Assembly: GCA_944349515.1 (NCBI GenBank)
Contig: CALVNE010000004.1
Span: 2,166 to 66,165 of the forward strand
Length of the DNA stretch: 64,000 bases
Source: an uncultured Clostridia bacterium
GTDB lineage: Bacteria; Bacillota; Clostridia; Christensenellales; UBA1242
Reading direction: 5' to 3'
A program made the translations under genes and the position numbers. Shown here piece by piece: positions 1 through 9,925 of this stretch; within the stretch, counting starts at the first letter, position 1; every line of letters begins with the position of its first letter. Under the pieces are notes generated by a model. That model searched no databases. It was given only the letters and a program-made list of their open reading frames with translations, and was not told the origin of the DNA.

Positions 1-1053
1 TAAGATGACGATGAGAACGAGGAGGCAAATCACGATTATAAGCCAAAGATAGGAGGTGCTTTCGTCCTTTATCGTGCTGACCGTTTGCGAGTGCTGGGTG
101 ATTATCTGTCCGCCGGAGTCATAGATTGTGCAGGTGATGTCGAATCGCCCCTCCACATCGTTGCTGTCGAACAAAAAGTCCTTACCGTACATATCGCGCT
201 CGGTGTCCTTCTCGTTATCGTCGCCATAACTTGGCCACAGTGCCGTGCGCACGTCAAGTTCGCCATTTCTGTCCGTCTCACGCATGATATAGCGCGTGTT
301 GTCCTTGCCAATGCCAGTGACCGACCAAACGATATGCGCCGGGTTGACGTAGTTATAGTAATCTTCGTTGAAGGTTATGTAGTAGGTGTTCAAAAATTTA
401 TCCGAACTATAGGTTTCCACATTGAAGGTGATGTTTCTATTTATGCTGTCGATATCGTCCGGCACCACGGCGAAATACATTGAATTTAGACTATTTTCCA
501 AAACCAAACCGCTGGCGCTGTCGAGATAACTGTATCTAAAATCAAATTTATATATTCCAAACCCGTCGCCGTAGAGTGCGTCGGTGATGATTTCGTCTGG
601 CTCGTCGATATAGAAGGTCAAGACGCGGTTTTGAAGCATATTGTTCGAAATGGTCTCAGTGTATAGGGTGCGCGTTTCAGAGGTATTTTCGCTAAAATTC
701 TCCGTTTGTTTGTAGGAGAGGATAAGTTGGTAATTTATGAAAGTGTTGGCGCTGTTTGCTATGTAGTTTTCAATGTTAATATTTATAAATCTAAGTTGCG
801 ACCAGTTATAGTAGGCGTAATTGACCTCGCGACCATGCTCATCATCGATAATCGTCACAGGGTCTTTAAAGGTGGGGTTAACAGTGTTGGAGGCGGAAGA
901 GTAGCCGGTGAAAGAAATGGAAAAGTTAGAGTCGGAGCGCGACATACTGTTCGCGTCCTCGGCAAAAACGGGATAGGACGGCACAAAAAAGGCAATGCCG
1001 AAGATGAGCATCAAAATGGCAACGATAGAAAAACTTGTTAACCTTTTACTCAT
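1..1053 (-). CDS. hypothetical exported protein (N-terminal signal/TM segment, C-terminal TM segment); 3' end runs off the window
   Basis: Absent from the supplied ORF track because it is edge-truncated. ATG is the complement of 1051-1053. I read the reverse frame triplet by triplet from 1053 down to 1 and found no stop (351 codons). It begins MSKRLTSFSIVAILMLIFGIAFFVPSYPVFAEDANS and ends ...YLWLIIVICLLVLIVIL at the edge. No family recognised. Confidence 0.55.
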   Translation of the reverse strand, partial: MSKRLTSFSIVAILMLIFGIAFFVPSYPVFAEDANSMSRSDSNFSISFTGYSSASNTVNPTFKDPVTIIDDEHGREVNYAYYNWSQLRFININIENYIANSANTFINYQLILSYKQTENFSENTSETRTLYTETISNNMLQNRVLTFYIDEPDEIITDALYGDGFGIYKFDFRYSYLDSASGLVLENSLNSMYFAVVPDDIDSINRNITFNVETYSSDKFLNTYYITFNEDYYNYVNPAHIVWSVTGIGKDNTRYIMRETDRNGELDVRTALWPSYGDDNEKDTERDMYGKDFLFDSNDVEGRFDITCTIYDSGGQIITQHSQTVSTIKDESTSYLWLIIVICLLVLIVIL

Positions 1054-1110
1054 ATTCATATTTTAACACAGAATAAATATTTTTAAAAACAAATTTGCAT
1101 ATTTTTTTGT

Positions 1111-1139
1111 TTGACAATTAACTTTTTTAATTTTATAAT
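1111..1139 (+). promoter_or_regulatory. consensus sigma-A-type promoter immediately upstream of the ATG at 1146 (leaderless candidate)
   Basis: TTGACA at 1111-1116, 17-nt spacer, TATAAT at 1134-1139. Only 6 nt (ATCCAT) lie before the ATG, with no Shine-Dalgarno. Confidence 0.5.
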
Positions 1140-1145
1140 ATCCAT

Positions 1146-1979
1146 ATGGAAGTTAAAGAAATGGAAATTGAAGAATTTGTCGAAGAAAAAGTGGATGTCG
1201 AAAGCGAAAACTTGAGGCAACTTATGGAAAAGGTGGAGCCTCTGGTGTCCTCTGTTTCGCTGGAATGGATTAAGGAGGAAACGCTGGTTTTAGTGGTGAG
1301 AACGAAGAGCGAATTCACCAAAATTCCCCTTCTTGGAAAGAGTATGGAAGGGTACGTCCTTCTTGCCACGTCCGCTTGCAAGCAGAGGTTTGTGGAAGGG
1401 GAGGATAAGGTGTTTGCTTCGCTTTTGAAATATCGCGATGAGGCAAAGCAGATTGCCGTCTTTTATGACGATACACCGCTACTTGAAAAGGCGACCTTTT
1501 TCGAGATTATGCAATATTTTGCCTCCAAAAAAATGAATTTTTTGCCACTTAAAAGGGGCTTTGTGATTAAAAGTGATTTTGTCGAAAACTTCGAGTCGCT
1601 TTTATCCACACCGCTTGACCACTTTGGGCATGACGACTTTTTTGTTGTGGATAGCGCAAAGGCGGTTGGGTATGCGTATCATGTTTTGAATAAGAGGATA
1701 AACAACTTTCACAAGTCGCAAGGGGTGGTTTTGTTTGGCGAAAACACCATTTTTATCGACGCCGACGTGCAGATTGAAAGCGGAGTTATAATCTATCCAA
1801 ACAACCAAATTTTGGGAAACTCGGTGCTTTGCAAGGGCGTGGTGCTTGGAAGCGGAAATGTGATTGACAACTCTATTATATTAGACGATGCCGAACTAAA
1901 TATGTGTTATCTTAAAAACAGCAAGGTGCCAGAGGGCAAGGTGTTAAATAACGAAAAACTAATTAGCGAAACATTGTAG
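1146..1979 (+). CDS. GlmU-like protein (nucleotidyltransferase-like N-domain plus hexapeptide beta-helix), short and with degenerate signature
   Basis: 277 aa. Its position upstream of pth-mfd matches the glmU-(prs)-pth-mfd neighbourhood of Bacillota. The C-terminus has hexapeptide-like repeats (IDADVQIESGVIIYPNNQILGNSVLCKGVVLGSGNVIDNSII). Where GlmU has LAAGxGTRM, this protein reads VVRTKSEF. Confidence 0.45.
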   Translation: MEVKEMEIEEFVEEKVDVESENLRQLMEKVEPLVSSVSLEWIKEETLVLVVRTKSEFTKIPLLGKSMEGYVLLATSACKQRFVEGEDKVFASLLKYRDEAKQIAVFYDDTPLLEKATFFEIMQYFASKKMNFLPLKRGFVIKSDFVENFESLLSTPLDHFGHDDFFVVDSAKAVGYAYHVLNKRINNFHKSQGVVLFGENTIFIDADVQIESGVIIYPNNQILGNSVLCKGVVLGSGNVIDNSIILDDAELNMCYLKNSKVPEGKVLNNEKLISETL

Positions 1980-1988
1980 GAGGGGAGT

Positions 1989-2492
1989 ATGAAGATTGTT
2001 GTTGGGCTTGGAAATTACGGACAGGAGCATGAGCACACCTATCACAACATCGGCTTTGATGTTGTGGACGCACTTGCTGAGCGCCTTGGCATTTCCTTTA
2101 CAAAGAAGATGTGTAAGGGGCTTGTTGCGGAAGGACGCTTAGGCAATGAAAAGTTACTTTTAGTTAAACCGCAAACATATGTCAATTTAAGCGGGTATTG
2201 CGTGAAAGAACTAAAAAGCAAGTTTAAAGACGCGCGCATTTTGGTGATTGCCGACGATATCGACCTTCCGAAGGGCAATTTTAGGTATAAGGAGCGCGGA
2301 AGCGGTGGTACGCACAACGGGCTGAGGAATATCGTGGAACAGGTGGGCGAGGACTTTGAAAGGATACGCGTCGGCATTGGGCGCGACATCTTTATGGACC
2401 TTGCCGACTATGTGCTTTCAAAGTATGATCGCGCGCTTTTTGAGCCGATAATAGAAAAGGTGGCAGACGAGGTGCTAAACAGACTTAAATGA
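1989..2492 (+). CDS. pth: peptidyl-tRNA hydrolase
   Basis: MKIVVGLGNYGQEHEHTYHNIGF... is a typical Pth N-terminus (GLGNxGxxYxxTRHNxGF pattern). SD is GGAGGGG. 167 aa, upstream of mfd. Confidence 0.9.
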   Translation: MKIVVGLGNYGQEHEHTYHNIGFDVVDALAERLGISFTKKMCKGLVAEGRLGNEKLLLVKPQTYVNLSGYCVKELKSKFKDARILVIADDIDLPKGNFRYKERGSGGTHNGLRNIVEQVGEDFERIRVGIGRDIFMDLADYVLSKYDRALFEPIIEKVADEVLNRLK

Positions 2493-5400
2493 ATTTTCAA
2501 GAGCGCATTTTAAAATATAACGAGATTGGTGGCTTGACCATTGGCGAAAAGTCCGTTTTACTTCTTTCTTTAAAACGGGCGGTTTATCTCTGTGGCGATT
2601 TCGTGACGGCAAGCAAGTTAAAGTTCGCCCTTTCTTCGCAAGGTAAAAAGGTGGAGATTGTGGCGTGCGGACGCGAGGTAGAGGACGAGCGCGACCCGAA
2701 CCTCTATCCTTTTTCTAAAGCGCTTTCAAATTTTTTTGGCGAGGAAATTGACTATTTAATTTTTTTGCCGTCGTCCATGACAACCAAGTTCGACGCCGAT
2801 TTTTTGAAGAAAAGTTTGCTTATTCATAAAGGCGAGGAATACGATTTTGCTGCTCTTTCTTCTACGCTAATCGAATTTGGCTATGAGCGGGTGGAGTACG
2901 TCAACATCGAGGGGCAATTTTCGGTGCGAGGAGATATAGTTGACCTCTTTCTTTTTGGCGATGACAGCCCATCGCGCCTTGAGTTTTTCGACGATGAGGT
3001 GGAGAGGATAATCCATTTCGACGCCTCCTCCATGAAAACGATAAAGGAACTTGACAGCATAAAAATCACTCCGCTTGTTTTAAAACTCGGCGAAAGTATT
3101 GTCACCGATATCTATGACACGGTGGTTTTTGACGAGCCTATTAAGATAGAAAATGAGTGCAAAATTTTAAAGGATAGCCGGCAAAATCTCTCATGGGCGG
3201 AAGAAAAAATGTTTGCTGATTTTGAAAAATTGACGCAAAAAAAGCATATAACTTTTGCCAACATCGGCGAGGAAAAATATGAGAACAAAACGATAGGACA
3301 GAAAAGTTACCTTACCGACTTTAACTCGCTTAAAAAGGACATTGTGCTTTATCAGCATGATAGCAATGCGGTTATCCTTTTTGCCGGGCGCTTTCACGAA
3401 CTTATGAAGGAATTTTTGGTGACGAACAAGATTGCCTTTAAGTCGCTTGAAGAGGTGAAGCGGGAGGAGCTTGAGGAAAAAAACGTCTATGTTTCAAGCA
3501 CGTATTACCCGTTTTCGTTCAGTTTTTTAAAAGAAAAAATTATCGCAATTGGCACCGACGATTTATATAAGCCAAAGCGCATCGAGTTTAAAAAGGGTAA
3601 GGAAAAGTTATCGTTTTTGCCTAAGGTAGGCGACTATGTTGTGCATTCCTTTTACGGCATTGGAATTTGCAAGGATATCGTTCGGCTGAAACTTTCCACT
3701 TTTGAAAAGGACTACTTTGTGCTAGAATACAAAAATGGCGCTCTTTTGTATCTCCCAACTGAACAGGCGAACGTCCTTTCGGCGTACATCGGCGGAGAAA
3801 ACCCCAAACTCAACGCGCTCGGCTCGCAAGAGTGGGTGCATTTAAAAAATAAGGTTAAAGAGAACCTTAAAGAGGTGGCGATAGAACTTGCAAAGATATA
3901 TAAACAGCGCGCTACAGTTAAGGGCTATAAATTCACGCGTGATGAGGAACTTGAAAGGGAGTTCGACGAGTTTTTTCCGTACGAACTGACCCCGGATCAG
4001 CAAGAGGCAATCTCGGACGTCGACAAGGATATGGAAAGCGACAAAATCATGGATAGGCTCATCTGTGGCGATGTCGGCTTTGGTAAGACAGAAGTGGCAT
4101 TCCGCGCGTGTTTTAAGGCGGTGTATAATTCTAAGCAAGTGGCATTTCTCTGCCCAACCACCATACTTTCCGAACAACATTTCCGCTCGGCAAGCGAGAG
4201 GTTTAAGCCTTTCGGCGTGAGGGTGGAAGTTTTAAACCGCTTTAAGTCGCAAAAAGAAACGAACGAAATTTTAGCAAAACTAAAAAATGGCGAAATAGAC
4301 ATACTCATTGGCACGCACAAATTGCTCGGCAAGGAGGTTGTGTTTAAGGATATCGGGCTTTTGGTACTCGATGAAGAACAGCGCTTTGGCGTTAAGGATA
4401 AGGAAAAAATCAAAAAATTGAAGGAGAACATCGACGTTTTAACCCTCTCAGCAACGCCAATTCCGCGCACCCTTCATATGTCGCTAAGTAGCATTCGCGA
4501 CATCAGCGTTATCGCCACTCCGCCTAAGGATAGGTTGCCCATTCAAACCTATGTCACCGATTATAGCGACCAACTTTTGGTGGATACTACCCGCCGAGAA
4601 CTTGCGCGCGGTGGGAAGGTGCTTATCCTTTTTAACCGTGTTATAGAGATATATAACTTCGCCTCGCACGTGAGAAGTCTTATTCCGGAAGGTAAGGTGG
4701 GCGTGGCGCACGGGCAGATGATGGAAAAGGAACTTGCGAGTATCATCAACGACTTATACGACAACAAATTCAACATCTTCATCTCCACCACACTCATTGA
4801 AAACGGCATCGACTTGCCGGCGCTTAACACCCTTTTTGTGCTGGATAGCGATAAACTTGGGCTAAGTCAACTCTACCAAATTCGCGGAAGAATTGGGCGT
4901 GGAGATAAACTCGCCTATGCCTATCTCACCTTCGACAGGGGCAAGTTTTTAACTGAGGACGCGTACAAGCGCTTAGACGCAATAACCGAATTTAGAGAAC
5001 TTGGAAGCGGTTTTAAAATTGCCATGCGCGACCTCGAAATTCGTGGCGCGGGCAACATCTTAGGCAAGGAACAGCACGGGCATATGCAAAAGATAGGCTA
5101 TGATATGTATCTTAAACTTCTCGACGAGGTGACGCGTTCGCTTAAAGGCGGTTTGGACGCTGAGACTAAGGAAATTAAAATTGAAATGCCTCTCGACGCG
5201 TATATTAGCGATTCCTACATTGAATCGCAAGAGGAACGAATTGTCTATTACGATAAGATAAGTCACATCTCCTCTAGTTTCGAAAAAGAGGAGGTTTTAA
5301 AGGAACTAGCCCTTTTAAGTGGCGACGTGCCGAAGGAAACAAAAAACCTTTGCGATATCGCGCTTCTTAAAAACTTGGCGCTTAACTTCAATGTTAAACT

Positions 5401-5614
5401 GATAAGGATTAACGGCAAAGAATGCCTTGTCTACTTCTATAAATCGGAGGAAATTATCGACAAAAGATTGTCGAAAATGAGTGAATATTATTCTTTCAGT
5501 TTAAAATTTGAAGAGTTACCTATTCTAAAACTGAATAGCGCGGAAAGTGTGGAAAATAAGATGAAAATTTTAATCGACCTGTTTTCAAAAGCGCTCTCTG
5601 AGAAAAAAGATTGA
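2489..5614 (+). CDS. mfd: transcription-repair coupling factor
   Basis: 1041 aa. Superfamily-2 helicase motifs are present: GDVGFGKTEVA, LLVLDEEQRFG, LSATPIPRTL. It has a CarD-like segment and an ATGA overlap with the pth stop. Confidence 0.93.
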   Translation: MNFQERILKYNEIGGLTIGEKSVLLLSLKRAVYLCGDFVTASKLKFALSSQGKKVEIVACGREVEDERDPNLYPFSKALSNFFGEEIDYLIFLPSSMTTKFDADFLKKSLLIHKGEEYDFAALSSTLIEFGYERVEYVNIEGQFSVRGDIVDLFLFGDDSPSRLEFFDDEVERIIHFDASSMKTIKELDSIKITPLVLKLGESIVTDIYDTVVFDEPIKIENECKILKDSRQNLSWAEEKMFADFEKLTQKKHITFANIGEEKYENKTIGQKSYLTDFNSLKKDIVLYQHDSNAVILFAGRFHELMKEFLVTNKIAFKSLEEVKREELEEKNVYVSSTYYPFSFSFLKEKIIAIGTDDLYKPKRIEFKKGKEKLSFLPKVGDYVVHSFYGIGICKDIVRLKLSTFEKDYFVLEYKNGALLYLPTEQANVLSAYIGGENPKLNALGSQEWVHLKNKVKENLKEVAIELAKIYKQRATVKGYKFTRDEELEREFDEFFPYELTPDQQEAISDVDKDMESDKIMDRLICGDVGFGKTEVAFRACFKAVYNSKQVAFLCPTTILSEQHFRSASERFKPFGVRVEVLNRFKSQKETNEILAKLKNGEIDILIGTHKLLGKEVVFKDIGLLVLDEEQRFGVKDKEKIKKLKENIDVLTLSATPIPRTLHMSLSSIRDISVIATPPKDRLPIQTYVTDYSDQLLVDTTRRELARGGKVLILFNRVIEIYNFASHVRSLIPEGKVGVAHGQMMEKELASIINDLYDNKFNIFISTTLIENGIDLPALNTLFVLDSDKLGLSQLYQIRGRIGRGDKLAYAYLTFDRGKFLTEDAYKRLDAITEFRELGSGFKIAMRDLEIRGAGNILGKEQHGHMQKIGYDMYLKLLDEVTRSLKGGLDAETKEIKIEMPLDAYISDSYIESQEERIVYYDKISHISSSFEKEEVLKELALLSGDVPKETKNLCDIALLKNLALNFNVKLIRINGKECLVYFYKSEEIIDKRLSKMSEYYSFSLKFEELPILKLNSAESVENKMKILIDLFSKALSEKKD

Positions 5615-5762
5615 AAAATTACCGCTTTTTGCTTGAATTTTAACGCCAGATAGGATATAATATCAAAGTTAAAAGCAAAAATTTGAAAGGTGCTTTTCAA
5701 AGAGTAATAAAATTTGCAAATAAAGTTTTACTTAAAAAATTTTTAACCACTATGGAGAATGT

Positions 5763-7775
5763 ATGAAGAAAAAGGTGTTTTCACTGTTGTTATGTCTTGT
5801 TATGTGCGTCTCAGTACTTACGGGGTGCAACCTTTTTGGGCGCGATGATGAAGCATTTTATAACGCCGTTGTGGCTGAGATAAATTATCAGTACTCAATC
5901 GGCACCGATGAACGTTCCTACACCGAGACTATCACAAAACGCGACCTTTGGAATGCTTATTACAGTTATGGGCATAACTACGTTGAAAGCGCAGGTTCAC
6001 AAGAAGGGGCAGTGGAGTTGACGCTCGACGGGCTTATCAACAGACGTTTAATGATAACTGAGGTGGAAAGATACTATAAAGCGGCGGGAGAAGAGGTTCT
6101 AAATGATGCCGAAAAAACCTACCTTTGGGAGGAAACCTACGAGGCTATCTACGATAAGTTTAGAGGCTACTACAACACCCTTTTAGGCATTAAGGACGAG
6201 GAAGCAACAGACGAGTCAACTACAAGCGGAATTGTCTATGAGGAATATCGCAATCCGGCGACCCTTTACACGAAAGAGGACGGCACGCTCGGCATTAAAA
6301 AGACGGATATTGTTCAAAATGTGCGTGACAGAAATTATGTTTTAAAGAACGATGCTGGCGTTGCATACGATGTGGAGTATCAAGACGATCAGGGAAATTA
6401 TATCTTCAAAGACTTAATCTACGAAAACATTCTCTCATACACCAGAACGGACAATGCGGACAAAACCACCGCGTCTAATTTTAGGTCAGCGCTAAATGAA
6501 TATATGAACGTTGTGCGTGAAAACTATTCCTATCTCGACCTCGATGACGAAGAAACTTGCTTTATGTTTGAACTCGACGGAATCTACGATATTGTAAAAG
6601 ACAACTACATGGTGGAAAAATATGAGCATATCTATAACCGCATGGCAACTTCCGGCTCGACGGTGACCAATGTCAATGTTGCCGATGTTGTGAGGTACTA
6701 CGAAAACAAGGCGATTACCGACTATGAGACGTATGCAAATGACAGCGAGTCCTTCCAAACCGCCATTCTTTCACAGTCCACTATGCCAAACTACATCAAC
6801 ACCTCTGACGCTACCTACTTCGACGTGGCAGTTATCAAGATTGAGTATGATAGCACTAAAAAGGCGGAGATTGATTCTGAATATGAGCAGGGCGGAGATA
6901 TTGAAAAATATCACGACCAGTTATTAGCGCTTTACGATAACGCCAGCGTCACAGTTAAAGACTCTTCAACCGGCGAGGAACTTCCAAACACCACCGCCAG
7001 CGCGTCCACTGTGCTATCGAAAATTAAAACTGCTTTACAAGCAACCGGCAACTATATCACCGTTGAACAGGTGAACAATGACCCAGATATGCTAAATGAC
7101 GCTCTTGAGTCATCCGGCTTTGATTTTAGTCAGTATACTGACGAAACGGAGCGCGAGATGATGGAGAAGTACGCAGTACAACTTTATGTGGAAGAGTACA
7201 ACAGCGATGTTGAGCGCAAAAAAGCGTCTGCTATAAGAGAATATTTCTATTACTACAACGATGACACCACTTACCTTAACGCCGACAAACTTTCGGTGTT
7301 CGGTATTTCCAATTCTGGCGAGGTGCTTTATAGCGACACCTACGCCGAGGCAAACTACGCCGAAGAAGGCTTTGAAGATTTTGAAATGTACAACGAGTTT
7401 CAAGAGGCTGTCAAATCTTTCTATAAAAACGGCACGCCAGAGGTGGGCGACCTTGCAACGGTGAACGGCTCCAGCCTCATTCGCGGAAGTGACGGCGTGT
7501 ATATCCTCTTCTATGCGGGCGAGGTTAACAACCTTTTCTCGGGTGTAAATGAAGATTTCTCGCTCACTCAAATGGACGTTCAAAAACTTGCCAACACCTA
7601 CCTCAATGTGTTCACAGAGAAAACTATCTTTGACCAAATCTATGACACTTTGTATGTCGACTCCGCTTATGGAAGTTACGAGGAAAGCACCATAGGAAGG
7701 CTTATCAACTCTCTCACCAAGGGCGCAGATAGTGGTGTGGTTAAGCACCATGATAACTACAAAGATATGTTTTAA
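5763..7775 (+). CDS. lipoprotein, SurA-N/PrsA-like chaperone candidate (no clear parvulin signature)
   Basis: Signal peptide with lipobox LTGC (MKKKVFSLLLCLVMCVSVLTGC). SD is GGAGAA. 670 aa. It lies after mfd, where Clostridia often encode a PrsA/SurA-like protein. The functional assignment is weak. Confidence 0.55.
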   Translation: MKKKVFSLLLCLVMCVSVLTGCNLFGRDDEAFYNAVVAEINYQYSIGTDERSYTETITKRDLWNAYYSYGHNYVESAGSQEGAVELTLDGLINRRLMITEVERYYKAAGEEVLNDAEKTYLWEETYEAIYDKFRGYYNTLLGIKDEEATDESTTSGIVYEEYRNPATLYTKEDGTLGIKKTDIVQNVRDRNYVLKNDAGVAYDVEYQDDQGNYIFKDLIYENILSYTRTDNADKTTASNFRSALNEYMNVVRENYSYLDLDDEETCFMFELDGIYDIVKDNYMVEKYEHIYNRMATSGSTVTNVNVADVVRYYENKAITDYETYANDSESFQTAILSQSTMPNYINTSDATYFDVAVIKIEYDSTKKAEIDSEYEQGGDIEKYHDQLLALYDNASVTVKDSSTGEELPNTTASASTVLSKIKTALQATGNYITVEQVNNDPDMLNDALESSGFDFSQYTDETEREMMEKYAVQLYVEEYNSDVERKKASAIREYFYYYNDDTTYLNADKLSVFGISNSGEVLYSDTYAEANYAEEGFEDFEMYNEFQEAVKSFYKNGTPEVGDLATVNGSSLIRGSDGVYILFYAGEVNNLFSGVNEDFSLTQMDVQKLANTYLNVFTEKTIFDQIYDTLYVDSAYGSYEESTIGRLINSLTKGADSGVVKHHDNYKDMF

Positions 7776-7881
7776 TGTCATATAATTTGCGCTACTAGCG
7801 GATAATTTCGCTGTTTTAAAAGCAAAACATTGCTGTGAATTTGTTAAAATATTGATTTTTAAAAGAAACTTTTGTTAATCA

Positions 7882-7910
7882 TTGACAAGAGTTTCTTTTT
7901 TTGGTAAAAT
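7882..7910 (+). promoter_or_regulatory. sigma-A-type promoter with extended -10, 8 nt from the ATG at 7919 (leaderless candidate)
   Basis: TTGACA at 7882-7887, 17-nt spacer ending TGG, TAAAAT at 7905-7910. No SD before the ATG. Confidence 0.5.
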
Positions 7911-7918
7911 AAAATCGT

Positions 7919-9313
7919 ATGGACGAAAAAGAGGCGCAAGAAGTAGAAATTCGCGAAGATGTGGAAAAAAACGAAGAAAAGCCCGTGGAAGATAAGGGCA
8001 AGTTTTTGGCGCGCCTAAAAGAAAAAAGAGCAAAGAAAAAAGAAGAAAAAATTAAAGAATTTAAAAAGCAAGACGACGAAAAAAAGGAAGTTGTTGAGGA
8101 AAAACTTGAAGAAGTAAATAAAGAAGTTAAAAAGGTCAACACAAAAAAACAAAAAATAATCAACTTTTGCTTTCTTATCTTCAATATCGCGCTTGTTGTT
8201 GGCATTCTCCTTTGGAATTTGCTTGGCTCCGATGAAGGCTTCACTCCGCTTTCACAACTAGATATACATTGGGTATTTATGCTAGTTTATGTTCTCTTTA
8301 TCTTTTTGGCATTCATGTGCCACGTTTTTTGTGTGCACAGAATGATATACCGAAAAACCTTTAAGTCGCGTTGGATTTTGACATATAAGTCACAAGCAAT
8401 TTGCCGATATTATGACGATATCACGCCACTTGCTGCCGGTGGGCAGGCGTTTATGACCTCATATTTAATAAACCGTGATGTGCCGGCGTCAACCGCGCTT
8501 TCCATTCCACTTGCCAAACTTGTTTTTCAAGACATTGTTTGGGTGATTGTCTGCTTGGTCTGCCTTATTTGTGCAAGTTTTAATCCGGCGCTTCAAGGTT
8601 TTACTTTCATTTCGGTGACAAGTATTGTTGGTTTAGTTTTGTCGCTCGGCATGATTGCTGCAATTCTATTTTTGTCGCTTTCGAAGCACGGCAAAAAGGT
8701 GATAGAGTGGCTTTTAAAACTGCTAAATAAAATGCACCTTATCAAAAACTATGAAAAAAAATATCAAAGTATCATGAAAACGGTGGACGATTACCAAGCG
8801 ATAATGCGCGAATATAGCCGTTCGTTTTGGGATATTGTCTATCAAATGGTGCTGGTGGCCATGTCGAATATCATCACAAAATCTCTGCCGTTTTTCATAT
8901 ACTGCATCTTTAAGGGCTTTCCGGCAACCGGCGCGGGCGAACTTTACTCCACCTTTTTCATGGCGGCGGCGCTTATTGAACTATCGTCAAGTTTTATCCC
9001 CCTTCCGGGCGGTTCCGGCATGAACGAAATCACCTTCACGATCATTTTCAGCAATATCGGCGGGCTTGGCGGTGAGACCTTTTGGGCGCTGCTGCTTTGG
9101 AGATTTGCCACCTATTACTTCTACCTATTGCAAGGTATTGTCATCATCGTCTACGACACAGTATATGGAAACAAAAAATGGCAATGGACGAAAAAACGCT
9201 CGGCACTTCAAGAGGAAAGTCAGGCGTTTAAGGCAAAGCAGATTGAAATGTTTAGGTTAGAGAGGAGTAAGCGTCGCAAGCATGAGAAAACTGCAAAAAC
9301 CGTGCATAATTAG
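7919..9313 (+). CDS. integral membrane protein of the lysylphosphatidylglycerol-synthase-TM / flippase-like (UPF0104) type with a Lys/Glu-rich N-terminal extension
   Basis: 464 aa. About 85 N-terminal K/E-rich residues are followed by multiple TM helices. It has the motifs AAGGQAFMTSY and PLPGGSGMNEITF, typical of that family. Confidence 0.6.
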   Translation: MDEKEAQEVEIREDVEKNEEKPVEDKGKFLARLKEKRAKKKEEKIKEFKKQDDEKKEVVEEKLEEVNKEVKKVNTKKQKIINFCFLIFNIALVVGILLWNLLGSDEGFTPLSQLDIHWVFMLVYVLFIFLAFMCHVFCVHRMIYRKTFKSRWILTYKSQAICRYYDDITPLAAGGQAFMTSYLINRDVPASTALSIPLAKLVFQDIVWVIVCLVCLICASFNPALQGFTFISVTSIVGLVLSLGMIAAILFLSLSKHGKKVIEWLLKLLNKMHLIKNYEKKYQSIMKTVDDYQAIMREYSRSFWDIVYQMVLVAMSNIITKSLPFFIYCIFKGFPATGAGELYSTFFMAAALIELSSSFIPLPGGSGMNEITFTIIFSNIGGLGGETFWALLLWRFATYYFYLLQGIVIIVYDTVYGNKKWQWTKKRSALQEESQAFKAKQIEMFRLERSKRRKHEKTAKTVHN

Positions 9314-9338
9314 ACTAAATTAAATTCAAAATAAGGAT

Positions 9339-9872
9339 ATGAAAAAGACATATCCTTATATTTTTTCTATCATAATTTTGGTGATACTTCTGGCACTTTC
9401 CTTGTATCTCGGGTTCTCAGGCTATTTCTTTTCGGTTGCCATGTATGACAGCGCCTCCGATTTAACATTGGGCGAAACGGTGGAGGTGGAGATAACGCCT
9501 AACGAAGCAAGTGTGCTTTCGTTTACGCTGGACGGCTCCTACCTTCCGGGTGAAAAATTGCCACAGGTGGTGCAGATAAGGGCGAGCGACGAGGATAAAA
9601 ATATGCGAGTGAGGGTGAAAGCGGAAATTTTTGCTAAGGAAAACCTCACACCAATAGACTTTGTGGCAAACGAAAATTTTGTTAAAGCAACCGACGGTTA
9701 TTTCTATTTGGTGGACGATTTGGCGAGTGGAAACAAGGTGACATTTTGTTCTTATATCGTTCTGCCAAAGGATAGTGAACTGCAAAGTAAGGAAAAATAT
9801 ATCTTGTCAATTGTGGTGGAAAATGTGGACGCAAGTTTAGAAAATATTTGGGGAGAATATGAAATTGCCTAA
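9339..9872 (+). CDS. hypothetical membrane-anchored protein
   Basis: 177 aa, N-terminal TM helix (IFSIIILVILLALSLYLGF), beta-rich ectodomain. No family recognised. Confidence 0.5.
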   Translation: MKKTYPYIFSIIILVILLALSLYLGFSGYFFSVAMYDSASDLTLGETVEVEITPNEASVLSFTLDGSYLPGEKLPQVVQIRASDEDKNMRVRVKAEIFAKENLTPIDFVANENFVKATDGYFYLVDDLASGNKVTFCSYIVLPKDSELQSKEKYILSIVVENVDASLENIWGEYEIA

Positions 9873-9925
9873 ATTTGCTGGACTTTTATCTCGATTTTTA
9901 TTACAATAACAAAAAGAGGTTTTTC

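Noticed and set aside
85-1041. Plus-strand ORFs 85-483 (132 aa) and 706-1041 (111 aa) from the track
   Set aside because: Both lie inside the uninterrupted minus-strand frame 1-1053, which has a plausible ATG and signal peptide. Neither has an SD or a recognisable product.
7110-7781. 223-aa minus-strand ORF antisense to the 5763-7775 lipoprotein gene
   Set aside because: It is fully embedded antisense in a gene that has a good SD and lipobox. Its composition is typical of a shadow frame and it shows no motif.
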